Below are positions 59,512 to 64,000 of a stretch of 64,000 nt of DNA, in pieces (the first letter of the stretch is position 1; each line of letters starts with the position of its first letter). The position numbers and the translations under genes are program-made. The DNA comes from the human T2T-CHM13v2.0 reference genome, Homo sapiens. Location of the stretch: assembly GCF_009914755.1 (NCBI RefSeq), contig NC_060939.1; one strand, written 5' to 3'. The notes beneath the pieces are model-generated. The model saw only the letters and a list, made by a program, of their open reading frames with translations. It searched no databases and was not told the DNA's origin.

Positions 59512-61026
59512 AAAGAAATTGTGGTTTAGAGAAGTTAGACAAGATTCTAACTTAGGTCTTTTCTCACCCATTTTTGTTTTGTTTTTTTTTTTTTTTTCTC
59601 CCAGTATTCTATTCAGTTTGCTTATGATTTTTGACAATTATTTGAGTCATTTATTTTCAGAAATCTCTGGAACAAATAAATACGTTTCCTGAAGTTTTCT
59701 ACTCTTCCCAATTTTGATTATGTATTTTGAAAGCATGTTTGCTGGGTATCAATGTTTAGCCAACATTTTTCCAATGTTTTATCAGCAACTGTCACAACAC
59801 ATTGGGACAGCTGTTATGAAAATTGGGTAAAAATAGCAGCCAGTTTTGACATAGTTTTAAGTGACAGTAGATTCTCAGATATATTTTTAATAGTTCAATT
59901 GCCTACTCCTTGATACAATAACAGCTTTTAGTTTCAAGAGCATTTTCAGTTATTACCATTATATCCTTATGATAACCCAGTGTCATAAAATAGCATCGGT
60001 ATTACAATTATTTTCTAATTGAGAAATTGAATGCCAAAGGAATTAAATGAGACAAGGCTATTTTTTTTTCTGGAACAAATCTAGAACTTGCATTTATAAA
60101 TTTAAAATATCTTAGTCATTTTTGAATTTTATTTGTTAATTTTAGAAGTAGCACCAACAAAATCTTTTAAAAAGAAAAGCTTATGAAAGGTTTGAACCCT
60201 TAAAATTGTTAGCCCTATAGTGATTACTCCGAATTATTTTAGAATAAGCTAGTGAAAGTATTTCAGCCACTTTTACTTGGATATCAGCTTTTTTCTTAAA
60301 TAATTATACAGTGATGGGAAAAGTAACATCCCGTTTCTTTAAAAAATTAAATGAAACAAAGCCCTTCCAGGACTTTGTGTTTTGTAGTGTGCTAAATTTT
60401 ACTTACTTAATATTTATTTTATATAAATTATTGTTTATGACATTTTAAGTGTCTTTAGTGAGTGTCATTTATTGAGCATATCTCCCAACCTAAGTCTAAT
60501 AAGAGTACATGATTTAAATCCTACGTAATCAGCAAGTTGAGTCTAATTTATTCATTCACTCATTCAACACAATAGTAGACTAATGTTGTCTTCTGTCTTT
60601 TGACTCACTGTATCAACAGCAGAGTTCTGTGAACATTTTTTTAACTTGCAAAATAAAACATAGATTTGTGTTTTCTTCCTAATAATTTCTGCATTTCCTA
60701 TGTACATTTATCACTTTTTATTATAGTTAAAAGCATTATTATAATTAGCTCTTCTACATGACATGGTTAGCCTTTTAGTTCTTCATGTTATTTTTAATAA
60801 GCCCATTTTTCTCGTGAAGTTGAATTTTTCTAAAAGTTCATATTATTGTATTTTGACATAGCTTTATAATCATGTACATTTGAGTTTTGGGAATTGCTAT
60901 TCATAGCGATGGTAGCGATATATACTTACTGACTTGCTAAATACTTTTTAGAGTGAAAGTATCTTATTTTGTGGTGGTGGTGGTTTTTATTCTGGCAACT
61001 AATGCATTGAGGGTTGTTACCAATAG

Positions 61027-61194
<168 letters not shown>

Positions 61195-61409
61195 TAAAAT
61201 ATTTTTTCGGCGCGTTGTTTATATGTGTAGAAATTGGATGATGTCATAGATAAGGACGTTAAAACCATCTGCCCTTTACCAGACACAGTAAACAAACAAA
61301 CAAAAACCCCACAAACAAAACCAGGAGAATTTGATTTATAATGAGCCAAATCCAGAGTGAAACAATAAACATATACACCATAAAGTCCTATATGGGTGTA
61401 GCGATTGAG

Positions 61410-64000
<2,591 letters not shown>

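Overview
AT-rich, CpG-depleted primate (very probably human) genomic DNA lying inside the SPRED1 gene (Sprouty-related EVH1 domain protein 1, a negative regulator of RAS-MAPK signalling; the Legius syndrome gene), transcribed on the + strand. The window holds the 3' part of intron 1, coding exons 2, 3, 4 and 5 (20647-20821, 43529-43697, 46050-46096, 61027-61185; all AG/GT-bounded and splicing in frame to give the EVH1 domain plus linker) and the start of intron 5. The rest is intron filled with Alu, MIR, L1, L2, MaLR LTR elements (including a full-length THE1C and a near full-length MLT1F-like element) and Tigger/Charlie-type DNA transposon fossils. Nearly all ORFs in the supplied track are repeat-derived or random. 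I see no new multi-gene system. The most notable unexplained structures are: a 77-bp templated insertion, carrying an AP-1 site, inside an L1 (TA)n tract; a stop codon plus AATAAA right after exon 4 that could give an EVH1-only isoform; a weak-acceptor, in-frame exon 5 bracketed by inverted Alus; a DUX4 site retained only in the 5' LTR of the antisense THE1C; and several transcription-factor motif clusters. Repeat family names come from recalled consensus sequences, and repeat ends without a TSD are approximate.
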